Shown: in pieces, positions 32,954 through 47,434 of the stretch
Layout of the letters: the number at the start of each line of letters is the position of its first letter
How positions within the stretch are numbered: position 1 is the stretch's first letter
DNA from: Convolutriloba macropyga
Lineage: Eukaryota
DNA length: 64,000 bases
Direction: 5' to 3'
Assembly: GCF_964194025.1 (NCBI RefSeq)
Contig: NW_027452888.1
Location: 1 to 64,000, forward strand
Notes under the pieces: generated by a model
Database searches by the model: none
Seen by the model: only the letters and a program-made list of their open reading frames with translations
What the model was told of the DNA's origin: nothing
Made by a program: the position numbers and the translations under genes

Positions 32954-34080
32954 GATTTCGGCAAACGGTTAAATTATGTCTTCTAAGAACTCAATGACGT
33001 AAAACACTTGAGCTAATATTGAAGTTTTTGTTGTAAAAAATAATAAATCAATAATATAAACGAATCAAATTAAGATTCAGGAATAAGAATGGCAAATTAT
33101 TCTACTGAACAATGATAGCTATATTTTTCTGAAGGTAATAAATAAACAAGCGAAAAAAAACTTCGTTATAAATCTCACCTATCTCAAACTGAGTTTTTTG
33201 CTGTGCAGATGAATAATTACATCTGTTTACGATTACGAAAAAGACAAAAACCAAATACAGAATCCTTCAGCCAGAAAAAAAGTTTGTAATTATTTTTACT
33301 AAATGAATGAGTATTAAATATAAATGTACATACGGCTTGAAAGCAGCTTAAACTGTGGTAAAAAGCAATACAAAACACACACTCAACTCGCATTTAATCT
33401 TTTCTTTTTAAAGCTGTGAGTTTAATATCATCAGAATATATTGTAATAATGGTTCTGTAGATTTTACGTTACTGTATGTGTTTTAAATCTTTTTTGTTTA
33501 ATCAGGAATAAAATCTAAAATTGGTGGCATGCTTATTAAACAAATATAGATTTATGGAATGGCAATTTAAATGCATTTTCGATTCCATAGTGCAATTAAT
33601 TTAATAAATGGTGCTTTCCAATTTCAGCATATATTGGTAAAGTCGGTATGGAATTTCGAATTCAAATGCTGGAAAAATACCAAATGCCAAAATACCCAAT
33701 TTAACAATTACCCAAAACTTTTCTGTATTGTTCAAATTACGAGAATGACTGTTCAACATAATGGTACCTAAGCGAGATAATTTATAGCGTAATAATTTTC
33801 ATTAACCGAGTTTATACTTAAGACTGGTTCATTTGGCCCTGTCTCCTGGGCCAGGGCAACGCCTCAATGGGCCCATGGGTCCTGATATGAAACTATCACA
33901 ACCAAATGGGGGATTAGATTATCCGCTTAATTATGAGTGATAATTATGCATCATTCATTTTTGATATATTGACTTTCAATCAAATTACTCATATGCATAG
34001 TCTTCGGAACAGTTACGTGTTCCTAATGGAAAGTTAGATGGTATGGACCTAATGAAAATGAAGATTGTGGAAGCTAATGG

Positions 34081-36680
34081 AAACAAGGAGGCTCGGTAAT
34101 GTGCGATCGCACATAAGGTTCCGACCCCGCTCATCCACAATTTTGGCATAACTATCTACCAAAAAAGGAACATGTAAAAAAAACCCAAAATTATTTCTGG
34201 GAATCCCAAAAAAAGCCCAAAAAACCAAGTATTAAAAAGAATAGTGTAAGAACGAAAAGGTTTCCTCCAAAGAAAATAACTCAGTGGAGTAAAAAATGAT
34301 CCACTAGAATGATGAGATATGCCAATATTCAGAAAGCGAGTCAAGACGAACAGCAAAATCAAACAACAACAGCAACAAACAATAATTACATCGAAAACTT
34401 TATGTCCATTTTAAAAAACAAAACTGAATAACAAAGTCAACATTCCGTCAGATAAAACAGAAACTAAATAAAATAACTTATAAATCACCAGACAAAAAGA
34501 ACAAAAGCAGTCAAGATAAAAAATTCGCTTTTTCAAAAAACAATCAACATCACAGTAATGAAAACCATAGGCAATCAAGTAAAAAATCCCAAAATTTAAC
34601 GATTACCAATGGTTCTGTGGAAGGGCATTAAGACTCGTCCTTATTCAATTTCCTATACGGCTAAAAAGAACAACAAAAAGACAGCGAACAAAAACTCAAT
34701 TAAAACTTGCAAGAAAACGCTGTCGAAGCCTTAAGCCATTTTTCGGCCCTCAAAACATGTGAGATTGCGTCTGCTTCAAACACTGATAATGTAGCCGGTG
34801 GCTTTTATAAATGAGACTAGGTAACATGTAGACAAAAGAGAAAAGGTCAAAAGTAAGTAATACTTTTGATTTTTTTTCGAAACAAAATTACCTCCAAAGA
34901 AATGAAAGCCATTATTTACAAAACGAACTAATTAAACAGGTTCGTTTATTAGTCTAACCGAAGCATTTGAATTCTGCAATTAGCAAGAATATGTCTTGCG
35001 TCTACAAAAAGAACGTCAAATATGAAAAAAAAATTAATTTACTTTTTTTGTGAAAAACCGTTGTCGAAGCCAGTAAGTTCATAACGGATTCTTTAAAAAT
35101 ATTAGACTTTCTGACACCAATCACTTTTGACACCTTTCCTTGACATCAATAATTTCATATTTGACCTGCAATTAACGAGACTAGATAACAAAAAGTCAAT
35201 GAAAAGAACAAAAATGTAAAGTTAATTTTTTTTTACATTTTGGGAAACATTTGTTTTCAAAGTCGTGAAAGCCATCAGCTATCTATTAATATCAGAATAT
35301 CGGCTGAACTATTTTTCATGAAATGCCATCAAACCATGTCATTATACAGGTAATTTCAAACGATTAAAACGACAAAGTAAAATTGAATAGTAAAGACAAA
35401 ATTTAAAAAATTAAGTAAGTTCAAGGAAGAAGTGTCGAAGCCGTTAAAACCATAATCTATAACATTTTAGATTTTAATCTGCTCAATTTTGATTTATTTT
35501 TGACTCCAAAATTGTGATATGAGAACTGTCAACAATGTGATAATGTTACAAAACTAGAAAACGTGTAAAACTGGCAAAAATCTGAAAAAAAACTGAAATC
35601 TAGCAGTATCAAAGCCAGAAAAATATAACTTAAGGCTTAAAAGCGAAATAGAGATAACATTTCACATCATTAGAAAGAAGAAGCATTCTTTCTTTGCTGA
35701 CATTAAGCGACAAGTTGACCAAATTACGAAAAAAACGGCGAAAATTTCATTAAGTCATCATGTTTTTGAAAATCAAAAATTTTTAAAAGTCAAAACGACC
35801 TTAAGCTTTCAAATAAAACTAAATGTCTTAATTTGGAGCTGCTTAGGAAGCCAATTGGACCTATCACTCCTGAGATTTGATTTGATATGTTCTGCTCTTT
35901 AATTACTATAAAAAAATATATTTTTTTTAAAAAAAGGACCGACTGATTACAATCCGAATTCTTTTTGGATTGTAACAGTCCAAGCATTGTCCAAAACTAG
36001 ACCTTCTATCACTCATCGTCCATTAGGAACACCTAATTTTTCGAATGTTACAGATATAGATAATTTGTTTTTTTAAAAACTCAAAAATAATTTCTGCGTT
36101 TTTGATAATGAACGAGCAAAAACGGAAGTACATTAGCAAAAACGGTAAAGTTTTAATTACAGAGCACTCTCAACAGAAGTTGACGTAAGAGAAGCCCCCT
36201 TTTGAGTCTACAAAGATTGAATTAGTGTTTTCTGGCAATGAACTTCCAGCAAATTTTATGAAAGTGAACTAAAAGAAGCTTATTTCGTGCCGTTTTTGAT
36301 GAAAAAGGCTGAATTTTGAAAAATTTAGCCCCATTTTTTGGCAAAAAATCATATCAAAATAATCAACATTACTATTTTGAATCAACGTTACTTTAAAAAT
36401 AAAATCAACAACACTATACTGAAAAATTTTAACAAATTTTAACAAAATTGACGAAAAATTCGGGAAAACGTGAATAAAAACAAAATAAAATTCACTCTAA
36501 TTTTTTCAAAACTTTAAACCTCGATAACTCCCTGTAAGAAACGAAAATTAAAAAAAATCTTTTTTAATTTCATATTCTACGCAGGACGAGCTTTCTAATT
36601 ATACCAGTCTCAGCTCTCTACGATTAATATATCGATCGGCGGAAATTGTCTGAACAAAAAAAACTCATTTGAGTATATTT
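34081..36680 (+). mobile_element. Helentron/HINE-like non-autonomous element (~2.6 kb) with an internal degenerate ~175-bp array
   Basis: Starts AAACAAG, then palindrome ATGTGCGATCGCACAT (34099-34114) and subterminal repeat GTTCCGACCCC. Recurrent (gtc)gaagcc units at ~34725-35615. The end block matches 2098-2256. Confidence 0.55.
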
Positions 36681-37017
36681 GGTACAACCGTTTCTACAGT
36701 TCAAAAACTTTGGGTTGTAATTAGTGGTCGTCTTTTTTTTAATTAATTTTGCAGCTTTTGCTTCTCTTATGTTAATTACAGAGCAGACCATTCTATTTAA
36801 GGCTTACTAATGACAGTTTCAGTTCACTTCCTAAGTATTTTAAAGGAAATATATTTATATCATTTTGTCAATATCTTATGGTAGTTTTGACTTTTTAATA
36901 ATCTTCTTTAAAAAAACAATGGATTAATCAGCTTTGCCTATTTTTTCTCTTTTTTGATCAATTTGCAGCTTAACTTAAGAAAAGAGATGTTCTATCGTCT
37001 TTCTAAAGGAACAAATT

Positions 37018-37320
37018 AAATACAAAAATTACAGTGGTTTTACTTTTTAAATAACGGTTGTTGGCTTTGTTAAGAGGAGTCTTCACCAAGCAAATTAAAT
37101 TTCTTGACATCTTCTCATCTTTGAGGTTCTTTCTTGGGCCTTGCTACGCTATTGGCAACTTAGGTATACAAAATACAAAAATTACAGTGGTTTTACTTTT
37201 TAAATAACGGTTGTTGGCTTTGTTAAGAGGAGTCTTCAGCAAGCAAATTAAATTTCTTGACATCTTCTCATCTTTGAGGTTCTTTCTTGGGCCTTGCTAC
37301 GCTATTGGCAACTTAGGTAT
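37018..37320. repeat. Recent tandem duplication, period 153 bp
   Basis: Two copies of aaatacaaaaattacagtgg...caacttaggtat, one mismatch seen. Confidence 0.9.
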
Positions 37321-37557
37321 TACATAATAGAAAAGTTTGAAAAGTTTAAAAAGAAAGCACAATAGTTGAAGATATCGCTTTGTCACTGAATATCATAGTT
37401 TTTGCCGCTTCGACTTGTTGAATTTATTGGATTTTTTTGAATTTGTTTTTTGTGTATTTTTGTAGACAGATAAAAAAAATCAGGATAATTGCAGTTCTGA
37501 GCGGTTTTCTATGGATGAACAAACGAATCCTTTTGGTGACTTCAGCTCATAGCTAAA

Positions 37558-38053
37558 CTTTTACATGACTCTGAAATCAAATATTTAAAAAAGTATAAAC
37601 ATATTTTCTAACCTTTCACGTTATTGTTCTTCTTTGATTTCTTTTTACCTAGTGTCATTAGTTGCAATTAGTCACAAATCAAGTCATTTTTTGGTGAAAA
37701 ACACTCAAAATGATAGCATCTAAGAAATTATGTGCATTAATTATTGTTTTCACGGCTCCAGCACCGGTTGTTCGCAAATATATAATTGTTCCAACATTTT
37801 TATAAAATTTACATGACTGTAAAATCAATTGTTTAAAAAAGTATATACGTATTTTTAACCTTTCACGTTATTGTTCTTCTTTGATTACTCTTTACCTAGT
37901 CTCATTAGTTACAATTAGTTACAAATCAAGTCAAGTTTTTTTGGTGAAAAACAGTCAAATTGATAACATCTAAGCTTTTGTTTGCATTAATTATTGTTTT
38001 AATGGCTCCAGTACCGGTTGTTCGCAAATATATAATTGTTCCAACATTTTTTA
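37558..38053. repeat. Older tandem duplication, period ~250 bp
   Basis: tttacatgact...gttcgcaaatatataattgttccaacatttttat occurs twice with scattered mismatches. Confidence 0.85.
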
Positions 38054-40734
38054 TGGAAAAGGGGAGCTTATATGTGAGGCTGGTTTTCTTCTTCAGTCAA
38101 ATTTTCACTTTTTTTACGCATCGTAATGAAAAAAATGAACAACACCATTTTGTAACGCTTGGGATCTAGTTTTGATTTTTATTAAGAAAACTTGTAAGAA
38201 TTTTGAAAAAGGGACCAATTCAAATTTTATAGGTTTGAAGGAAAAATTGAAGATGAAAGAAACATCATGCGGGGGAAGGTTGCGTTGAAATTGACGATTG
38301 AAATAAATGGCAAAATATGTAGTAAAATGTTTTATTTTAACGATAGTATTGATTGTGACAAGTAATTCTTTAACATTTCTAGTCCCAAAAAAAAAGATTT
38401 TAGCTACTTGACCAAAAAATTCGAAAAAAAATCAACTAGTTTGTTCTTTTTTCTCAAAACGTTTTATAAAATTTCCCCTTTTTTTCCGTTTTCTGCTGAT
38501 TGAAAAATTTTATAACAACCATTGTTTCTCCAAATTAAACAGATTTTGTGGAAAATGGAAGATTTCAGGCAACTTAGTGCTCTGAAGCTAGTCAAAATAT
38601 CGACAACAAAAAATCCTGGAATGAACATCAAATCAACTAATTTCAACTTTGAAAAGTAGTGTAAATATCCCGTCGAATTCGTCAATATTGGACTTTGGGC
38701 ATTTGTGTAAATTGAAAAACTAAATAGTTTATTGATTGTAAGGTCTTCATAGAAAAAGTGGAGACAGTTGAAAGATGATAGACATAGTTTCTTCAGTGCA
38801 CAGAAAATTAAAAATTTCTTTAGCTTTAAAAATAATCTGAAGAGAGCAAAAGCTGAAGCTTAGAAAATAATAAGAACTAAATTGCGTCAATACTACTAAA
38901 AAATATCCTCTAAGGACAACTTCCAACGTTTTCTTATATGTCAGGCACAAGTAAAGGCGGAGTGCAAAAGCTGACGGAAGCCATAGACTTAAGTTTTTAC
39001 TTAGTATTTGCTTCAGAGAGTATTTTAAAAAATTTCTGAATCAAAATTGTGTTTACTATAACTTCCTTCTTAAAATATTGCCAAATGTTGAAAAAAACTA
39101 TTTGACCCATTCTGCTAGTGAAACAACAAAAATGACAAAATTTCTTTACAAACAATTCGAAAAGTATATTTTGAATATTAGTACAATAGAAGTCACAATA
39201 GAAGTCACAATAGAAGTCCGCATATAGTTATCTACGTAGAACAAAGAAAACAAAAATGAGCAAAGGGAAGAATTGGTAAAGATTAAATGCAACGAAAGAA
39301 ATTTAAAGATATTTTTTCGGTTTTTATTACTGTGCTTGTGTTTGTATGGGTATGTGTTTGTATGCGCGCTAGTGAGGATGTTCGAATGTGTGTGCGTGTG
39401 AGTGTATTGCGTGTGTTACGTGTGTGTGGGGGGGGATGAGAGAGAATTAGTCTGAGTAAGTTAGTTCATTTGAAGTTAGACACAAACCAAGGCATGGAGC
39501 AAAAACTTTCGGAAATCGCAAAAAAAGAAGGATTTAATATTTGTTACAAGTTGTGGCTTTATGTTTGTCCAATACCAAAATTCATTTTTTGAAATCTTGC
39601 TGGTAGCAGATTTGAAAGATTAAAAAAATATATTTTTTCACTATGCTCATGAGACATCAAAAATGTCAAAATTTTCGAAAAACTTTAGAAACCTTCATTT
39701 CAAAATTTGGTGCCAAAATTTCATTCACCGATTTTACCTCAAACAATTCACGCCTATTTGTTAGGAAAACTTCAAAAAAGACATAGTTGAACCTGACGAA
39801 CATTGAATAAGAATCAGTTGCCAAAGAGAAAATCTTCGTTTTTGCTTTTTTGGTGATTTTTTTTGTGTGTGTGAGTGTGTGTGTGTGTGTGATTTTATTT
39901 TTGTATAATGTGTGTTGTGTATCCGTGTTTCTATAGTTTCTCTGTGTTTTTCAAATTGTTTTACACTTATCTTTCTAGCATGCGCAAAGGACGGCAAATT
40001 TTTTTGGTTCAAACAATCAATTATTTTTCTCCAACTCATATAAGTTGCGTTCTGATACTCCCAGCGGTTTCTCTGACAACAATTATTTTTTGCAAAATTG
40101 TGAGTTATGTTGTAACATACTGAGCTGCGCACAGATTCGCACGAGCCATCTTTTTTAAATTAGTGTTTTACGTCTGTTTTTGACATTTGCTTTTGTAGAA
40201 ATACGAAATTATCTGGATGATTACCAGTCTCAATGTCTTCATTTTCATGCGAAAATGACCTTCAACCTATTCGAAGATTTCAATTGATATCTAATGGTTT
40301 TCATTACTATTTTAGAAAATAAACGTATTTTTTTTTAAATTTGGGATTTTTTGTTCTTTTTTAACTACTTGTTGCCAAGTCTCAATGTGGATCTGTATTA
40401 TGTCTATTCTAATCAAAACAAAGTTAATTTGTTTCGCTGAGGTTATAATTGACACTATTGACTTTTTCATCAAAAGTAGAAATTGGGTTTTGCATGTAAA
40501 TAATGTTTGTAGTTGTTATTTCATTTTGCTGTTTGTCTTGTCTTGTAGTCTTGATAATGGCAGGTCTCATCGGCCCTGTAATGTTCTAAGGGGACATTAT
40601 TATTTATTTTATTAAGTGATTTCAGTTGGAAGCTTTTTTTGTACACCAACTAGTTTTAACAAATTTGACTTTTTGAACTTTTGGCAGACAGTTACTTGGT
40701 AGACAATTAAGCTAAGATGTACGCATGGATAAAC

Positions 40735-40783
40735 GGGGTCGGAACGTTATGTGCGAACGCACATTACCGAGCCTCCTTGTTTT
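40735..40783 (-). mobile_element. Hairpin terminus of an inverted copy of the Helentron/HINE-like family
   Basis: ggggtcggaacgttatgtgcgaacgcacattaccgagcctccttgtttt is the near-exact reverse complement of 34081-34128. Confidence 0.7.
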
Positions 40784-42654
40784 AGTTGTACTTACCAAGA
40801 GCACAGCACATCAGCTTCAAATTTAAAAGGTCTACCTAAAATATTACAAAATAATTCAAAATGGTAATCACAGAGGGTCCAAGATTTTCAAATCAGAGAA
40901 CCCGGAACTTGCCAGAATTATCATACTGCTCGTTTAATCCTTGCAAGAAATTAAAGTTAGAAACAAAGTAATAGATGTACCACCAAAAAACGAAAAATAC
41001 TATTCAAAAAAGTAATGCCTAGCCACTACCAAGATGAAAAATAATCTATTGCATTATTTGTTACTGATAGATTCATAGTACATTTAATCAGAGTTTCCCA
41101 TATTCTTCGAAAAGTAACAACCACAGATTATTAATTATGCAAATAATAAAACAAGAAAAGTTTGTCAATCAAAACTTTCGTTATTAGAGTCGTAACAGTC
41201 AATTAGTGAAAAATGTGCATTCAATCAACTCGAGTGTTCAAGTCAATAAACACTTGAAAAGAAAGAAAAGTGCTAATATTGTTTTCGTGTAACTTCTTTT
41301 CTATATTTTTTTGGTGATGTAACAATTAATTTATCAATGCGTATACAAAAATAATTGCATTACGATCAAATAACGATCAAACACCTTTAGCGACAGTTAC
41401 GTCGAAAACACAAATTTTAGTAGAAGTTTTTGAATATATTAAATCAGTGGTACTATTTATTATTTTGTTTAAGACTTATCTGTGAAATGTCTATCATAAG
41501 CAAACAAATTGCGGGGAAAATTTTTTGAAATACAAAGTTCAGGAAGCTATCACAAAAAATATTGTTAAAAAAGTTGATTCTTTTCAAAACGTCTCTCAAG
41601 ATATCTCATTCTTTTTAAAAATGTCCTGTTGTGATTTTTGATCCAATCAGTACGCTATTTTTTGAGTGAACTGAGAGCGCCATTAGTTTCTTTGAGGCCT
41701 TTTCCTTTCTGTCATGTTGAAACAACTTCTTGAAACATAAAATTCCAAATTAATTTATATGTGAAGAAATTGATTTGATATAATAGTGTTGCAATAACAC
41801 TTTCAAGAAATAGACTGCTGCTGTGCAGTTTGCTTTCACAAATCAAATTTGTGGAACTAAAATTTAAAATCTTAGTTTTAAAAATTAATGGGAATTGTAA
41901 CAACCTAACGGTATAACGTTGTATAGTAAAAAAAAAATAGATTAAAAACCGGAGTCGGTGGTTTGATAGACTGGAATAAAAACAGAAACAAAGAAATTTC
42001 AGCTCAGAAACAGATCTTTGACAACTCAGTGAAGACATTGCCAACTTTGACACATAATCAGACCAGTCAGAAAAGACTTCTTTTTCTGTCCACTCGACTA
42101 GCCACGCCCCCCCCCCCCAAAAAAAAACTGATTAAACTGACTGAATTTTGAACGAAGTTATATTAGAATTGGGAAAATGGCAAGAGATAGTGAAATATTA
42201 ATTGAAAATGAAAATTGGTTGGTCAATTGCCACCAGTTTATATGAGCACCATTAGCACAAAACTTTCAATCAGATGAAAAAATCCCTAGTCAAATCGTCA
42301 AACACGCCCTAGCAATCAAACTGCATTGCAGCGCAGAATGGATTCTGCAAAATCTGGCGCCCTGCTTGGCAACAGAAAAGGATTTCCATGGATTCTTCCG
42401 TAATTCATGGAATGTTATCGATCACGATATCGATATCAAACATTGAATTTAAGCAGCACAGCTCGGATACAAAAGAAATTTGCCGCATCCCGCGTATTCT
42501 CACAAAAATTGAAAAAACTTTTTTCCTCGTTGGGGAAGCAGTAGCTCACAGTAGAGAAAACAGGTAGTAAAAACCAAAAGGTAAACTGATAACTAAAGTT
42601 GATCATAGTACAGAATGCATCAGAACACTGAAAATTCTGCCGTTAATCCAGAGA

Positions 42655-45623
42655 TGACTCCGGGACACATATTTCCCTAGTTGACAAACTCTTTCAAGAC
42701 AAAACAGTGGAACACCGCTGGGACAACAGGACATAACGAGCCAGAAAATGCTTTAAATGTCACCCACTCCAGTCACTTCTGTTATCAGAGACGCACAGTT
42801 CGCAATTGAACCTGATAACTCTAGTCAGCTTCTCTCCAAAATTCACGGGATTTCTAACAAAATCCAGCTTCAGAACTCAGCAAAAAACTTACAAACACGG
42901 ATGAATACAACAGGCATACAACTATTCCATGAATTGAACTGATAAATTAGACACTCCAAAGTTCTCTTTTCAGAAACAATAGGTGATAATTGTTAAGAGT
43001 CATTTAATCACTTGTAAGTTTTGGTCCTATATGCATACTTCTCTGACTCCGACAATTTACAACAGTGTCGTAATATTTGAAGTTACAATCCACCGTTTTT
43101 ACTATACCAATGGGTCGTTTCGCAACAAAAAAGATTTGGCTATTCTGCTTTGTAAGCTAAAATAAGCAGTTCTCTCTCTGTCATCCCTGGGGCTCTATAA
43201 GGAGCCCCTTCGGGTCTTCCTTTTTACGATAAATACAATTAATTTTTATAATGCTGCTTTTGTATATATTTGAATAGGTGATTTTTCTCAAAAAAAAAAC
43301 GAACGTACTATAGTATTATTGGTAGACAATCCTTTCTCAGGGGAACTTAAAATTTTTACCTTATCGGTATTAAGAGTACAATCATAAAATTAATTAACTC
43401 AGTGCTGCTTGATTTGTCAGTGTTGCCTTAAATTATGATATAAGTCAAGCTAAAAATGGATTTTAGTGATTTTGTAACTGACACAGGCTATCTATGTTAC
43501 GCATTTTGCATAACTGAACCTGATATTCTTAATTAAGATTCGCTACGTGACAAAAGATTGGATGAAATTCAAAAATTTTATATCACCCATCGAAAATTGC
43601 TTTAAACTGTAACCACCGTTTCTCTAACGCAAGCTTGTTTTATCACTTTGACATGGCAAGATCCCATAATACAGAAGTAGGGAAAATGTTTGCGTTTCCC
43701 AATTATTTTTTCATGTTCAAAGCGCAATTTCTCGGTGTTTTGCAATCCTGATTGAGAAGTCTTTTAAATGTGAACTCATACATGTATTAGTTGTGATTTG
43801 AGCACTTGCTTCAAGTCAACCAAAGGACGAACGAAAACTTACAAAAATTGTCGATAGTCTAATCAAAATAAGAAATTTTTTTGAATAGTCATTATTGGCT
43901 TTTTTATAAAAAATAGAACTTTTCAAAAACCAGAACGCTGCAAAGTCTGGATCTTGACTTTTTTGGATGCCGGCGTAAACTCATTCATAACTTGAACAAA
44001 CCAAAGTCTGGGTTTTATCAAATTTTGGACTGGACGGGGAATTTCGTGAGGATTTTTGAACGGGCACGCGAAGCACACAAGCTTTGAAACAGCCAATGGC
44101 TGCATCATAAGTGGGGAAATAGTAGCTCACAGTAAAGAAAAGGGGTAGGAAAAGAGATAGGAAAAAAGGTAAATTGGTTACCAAAATTTGAAGAGCAATG
44201 AATGAATATGAACACTTACAGTCATGCCAGTAGTACAAAGATGAATCCGGAACATAGATTTTCCTAGTTAACAAACACTTTCACGGACAAAATCTGGGAC
44301 AACATGACATCACGGGCCAGAAGATCCTCTAAACGTCAATCACTTTACTAATTTCTGTTATCAGTGACACACAATTTGCGATAAAACTATTGATAACTCC
44401 AGTTAGCGCCTCTCTAATATTCACAGGATGTACAAGAGTTCGAGCTTTAAAATTAAGCACAAAAAATTACTAACACGGATGAAAACTTCAGGCATACAAC
44501 TATTCCATGAATTGAACCGATAAATTCGGCACTCCGAAGTTCTCTATTCAGGAATAACAGGTAATAATAGTAAAAAGTCATTTAATCGCTGGTAAGTTTT
44601 GGTTCTCTGTATATTCCTCTGACACTGACAATTTACAACAGTGTCGTAATATTTGAAGTTATAGTCCACCACTTTTTTATACCAATGACTCGGCTCCAAA
44701 CACAGAAAAATTTTGTGTAGTCTGCTTGCTTTGTGGGTTAAAATAAGTAGTTCTCCCTCAGTCATCTCTGAGGCTCTAAAAGGAGCTTTTTTGGGTCTTA
44801 CTTTTTGACGATCTAAATAATTATTTTTTCAATGCTGCTTTTGTATAATTATGAAATAATGATTTTTCTCAAAAAAACGAACGTACTATGGTATTATTGG
44901 CAAGCACTCCTTTCTCAGTGGGCATTAAATTTTTACCTATTCCGTAATAAGTGTAATATCTTGAAAATTACTTATTTCGGTGCTGTTTGATTTGTCTGTG
45001 TTGCCTCTATTTATGATATAGTCAATGTAAAAATGGATTTAAGTGATTTTGTAACTGACACAGGTTATCTATGTTACGCATTGTGCATAACTGAACCTGA
45101 TTTTTTTAATTTAGGATTCGCTACGTGAAAAAAAGATTGATGAAATTCAAAACTTTTCATATCACCCATCAAAAATTGCTTTATACTTAACCACCGTTTC
45201 CCTAACGCAAGCCTGTTTTATCACTTTGACATGGCGAGATCCCGTAATACAGAAGTAGGACAATTTTCCCTAAAAGAAACCGAGTTATATTTTGCGTTTC
45301 CAAACTATTTTTTCATCTACAAAGCGCAATTTTTCGTTGTTTTGCAATCCGGCTATGGACATCTTTTAAATGTGATCTGAGACATTTTGAGCTTTTGTGA
45401 TTTGAGCACTTAAGTCAAGTCATCGAAAGAGCGAACAAAAACTTACAAACAAATCGATAGTCTTATCAAATAGAAATCACAACGAGGCAAAGTCTGGATC
45501 TTGATTTTTTTGCGTGCCCTCGTATTTTCATTCATTTGGACTGGTCGGGGCTTTTCGTGAGGATTTTTGAACGAGCGCATGAAGCACCGAAGCTTTGAAC
45601 GAGCCAAAGGCTGGATCATAAGT
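42655..45623. repeat. Diverged direct duplication of ~1.4 kb (copies ~42655-44112 and ~44243-45623)
   Basis: Collinear shared blocks, e.g. caggcatacaactattccatgaattgaac, gtgattttgtaactgacacagg and ggctg(c/g)atcataagt. Confidence 0.85.
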
Positions 45624-46491
45624 CACTTCAACAATATTGTCTGCATGGGCATTTTTAAGTCGTTTTGTACGAAGACCTCAACCTGGGATCACTAAAATTT
45701 TATTGAAGTCGCTCAAATTATTTATCCTTAGATGGGTTTTAACTGAGAATATATTAATAAAAATTGAATGTGACCACTTAATCTAACATAAATCGTATGT
45801 GTATCTAACAATTATTCTGCATTATTGGGATAATTCAACTATTTAGAAATAATTTTGAAATCGCATTTGCGCAGCATTACTTTGTGAAATTAAACTCAAC
45901 TCGTCAGTTCGTTGCTAAAATCCCGATAGACAATGAGAAAAATTTTTGTATGTGCTTCAGATCTTATCAAGATTTTTCAATTCAGCTCAAAAGTGGGGCT
46001 AATCAAAATCCAAAACTATCACCTCAGTGGCACCGGACCCTGTCCGGCAATCAGGCGACCCAAGTCGGCCACATCTATTTTGGGCCGCATACCTCATCCT
46101 AGATTTCAAAAGAAAATGACAATGTTTTTTGCTGATTTCTTGATAAGATCTCAGATATCTCGACGGAGGGGTTCACGTTTCATTTCACAAAGTTCACTGG
46201 CCAGTTTCAGAGTTCTTATCAAAGTTTCTCGCAGCATTTCTTTTTCTTTTCTCTTTCAAAATCGGCAATACTTTGTCGGAAATTTTTCTTGAGTTTCGAT
46301 TCGGGAAAAGTCATTCTGTCCTCTTCTCGGTGGATTAGTCGTGATGTGAATTGCGTCATACATTGCGTAACATTTTGTCCATTTCGTGAACTCACTTCTG
46401 TGAATGAGAAATCTGTTTGGCTGCCGAGAGTCGTCTTGACAAGATCGGCGTCCAGCTCAACCTAGAAAACGGAAACGACGATCATTTAAAC

Positions 46492-46628
46492 GGGTCTTCT
46501 CAGTTTCGCACCCCCCCCCCCCCCCCTAGCAGGTTACTAAGGAAAAAATAGCACGTGCGCCTGGGGCGTAAAATATATATGTCCACTAAGCTAAGCTGGG
46601 GTGGGGGGGGGGGCAGTAGAATAGATCC
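46492..46628. mobile_element. MITE of the GGATC-terminus family carrying CACGTG
   Basis: C-run and G-run arms. The core aaaatagcacgtgcgcctggggcgtaaaa is shared with 52565-52595, and it ends agaatagatcc. Confidence 0.65.
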
Positions 46629-47434
46629 ATTTACAAACGATACTCGATGTCAGGGAGTAAAGTATGTGAAAAAGTTGGACAAAAAGAGTGGTGAAGGAAT
46701 CTTTCTTTCCCACTATAGCCCGCAAACAACTACCAGCTTAGAGTGAAATGAGCGAATGGAGGGTATTACTGGCTATAAAGTAGTAATTTGGTGGGGGGAG
46801 GGGAGGGGGGGGGGGGGTGGTCACTACCGACCGTTGTCAAGTACGAATTGAAACGTTTCAAAAAGGGGTAAATCTACGTGCACTAGTAAGCGAAATCGGC
46901 TTCTCAATCCTTATACATTGTGTAAAGAGCAGATCAAAATGGATCTAATTCAAGCTTTTTTGTTGCCTCTGATTAATTAGTATACTATATAAGGAAAACT
47001 ACATTGCTTTTCTTATGTATTGTGTTAAACATATGACGGCCATTTAGACAATTCAGAAGTTATTGAAAGCCGTTTCAGTATATGAAATCCGAAATCGTTA
47101 AAATAACAATTCAGCCTGCACAACGGTCTGTAATGATATAGACTGTTAAAGGGCAAAGGTGCCTCTAGTTAGAGGTACAAGCAAAAAATGCAAACAGGTT
47201 TTGCGCGCCTTTTCAGATCTTAAACGTAAATGGACGTTGGAGTTCGGTCGTGGAAAAATGTGGGGACTGTTAATTCCAATGAAAACAACACCAAATTAGA
47301 CTCCAATTAAGAAGCTTTGATTATAAAAAACAAAAACCGACTAATGTCGGAAGAATTGCTCTTGAACATCTGGTGAGGCAATTTAATTCAGGGGCTGTAG
47401 CCTAGATAATTTTTTCTTTAAGGGTGGAAAATTA

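Noticed and set aside
45880-46490. GC-richer stretch that looks like decayed coding sequence
   Set aside because: Stops in the plausible frames and no recognisable domain.
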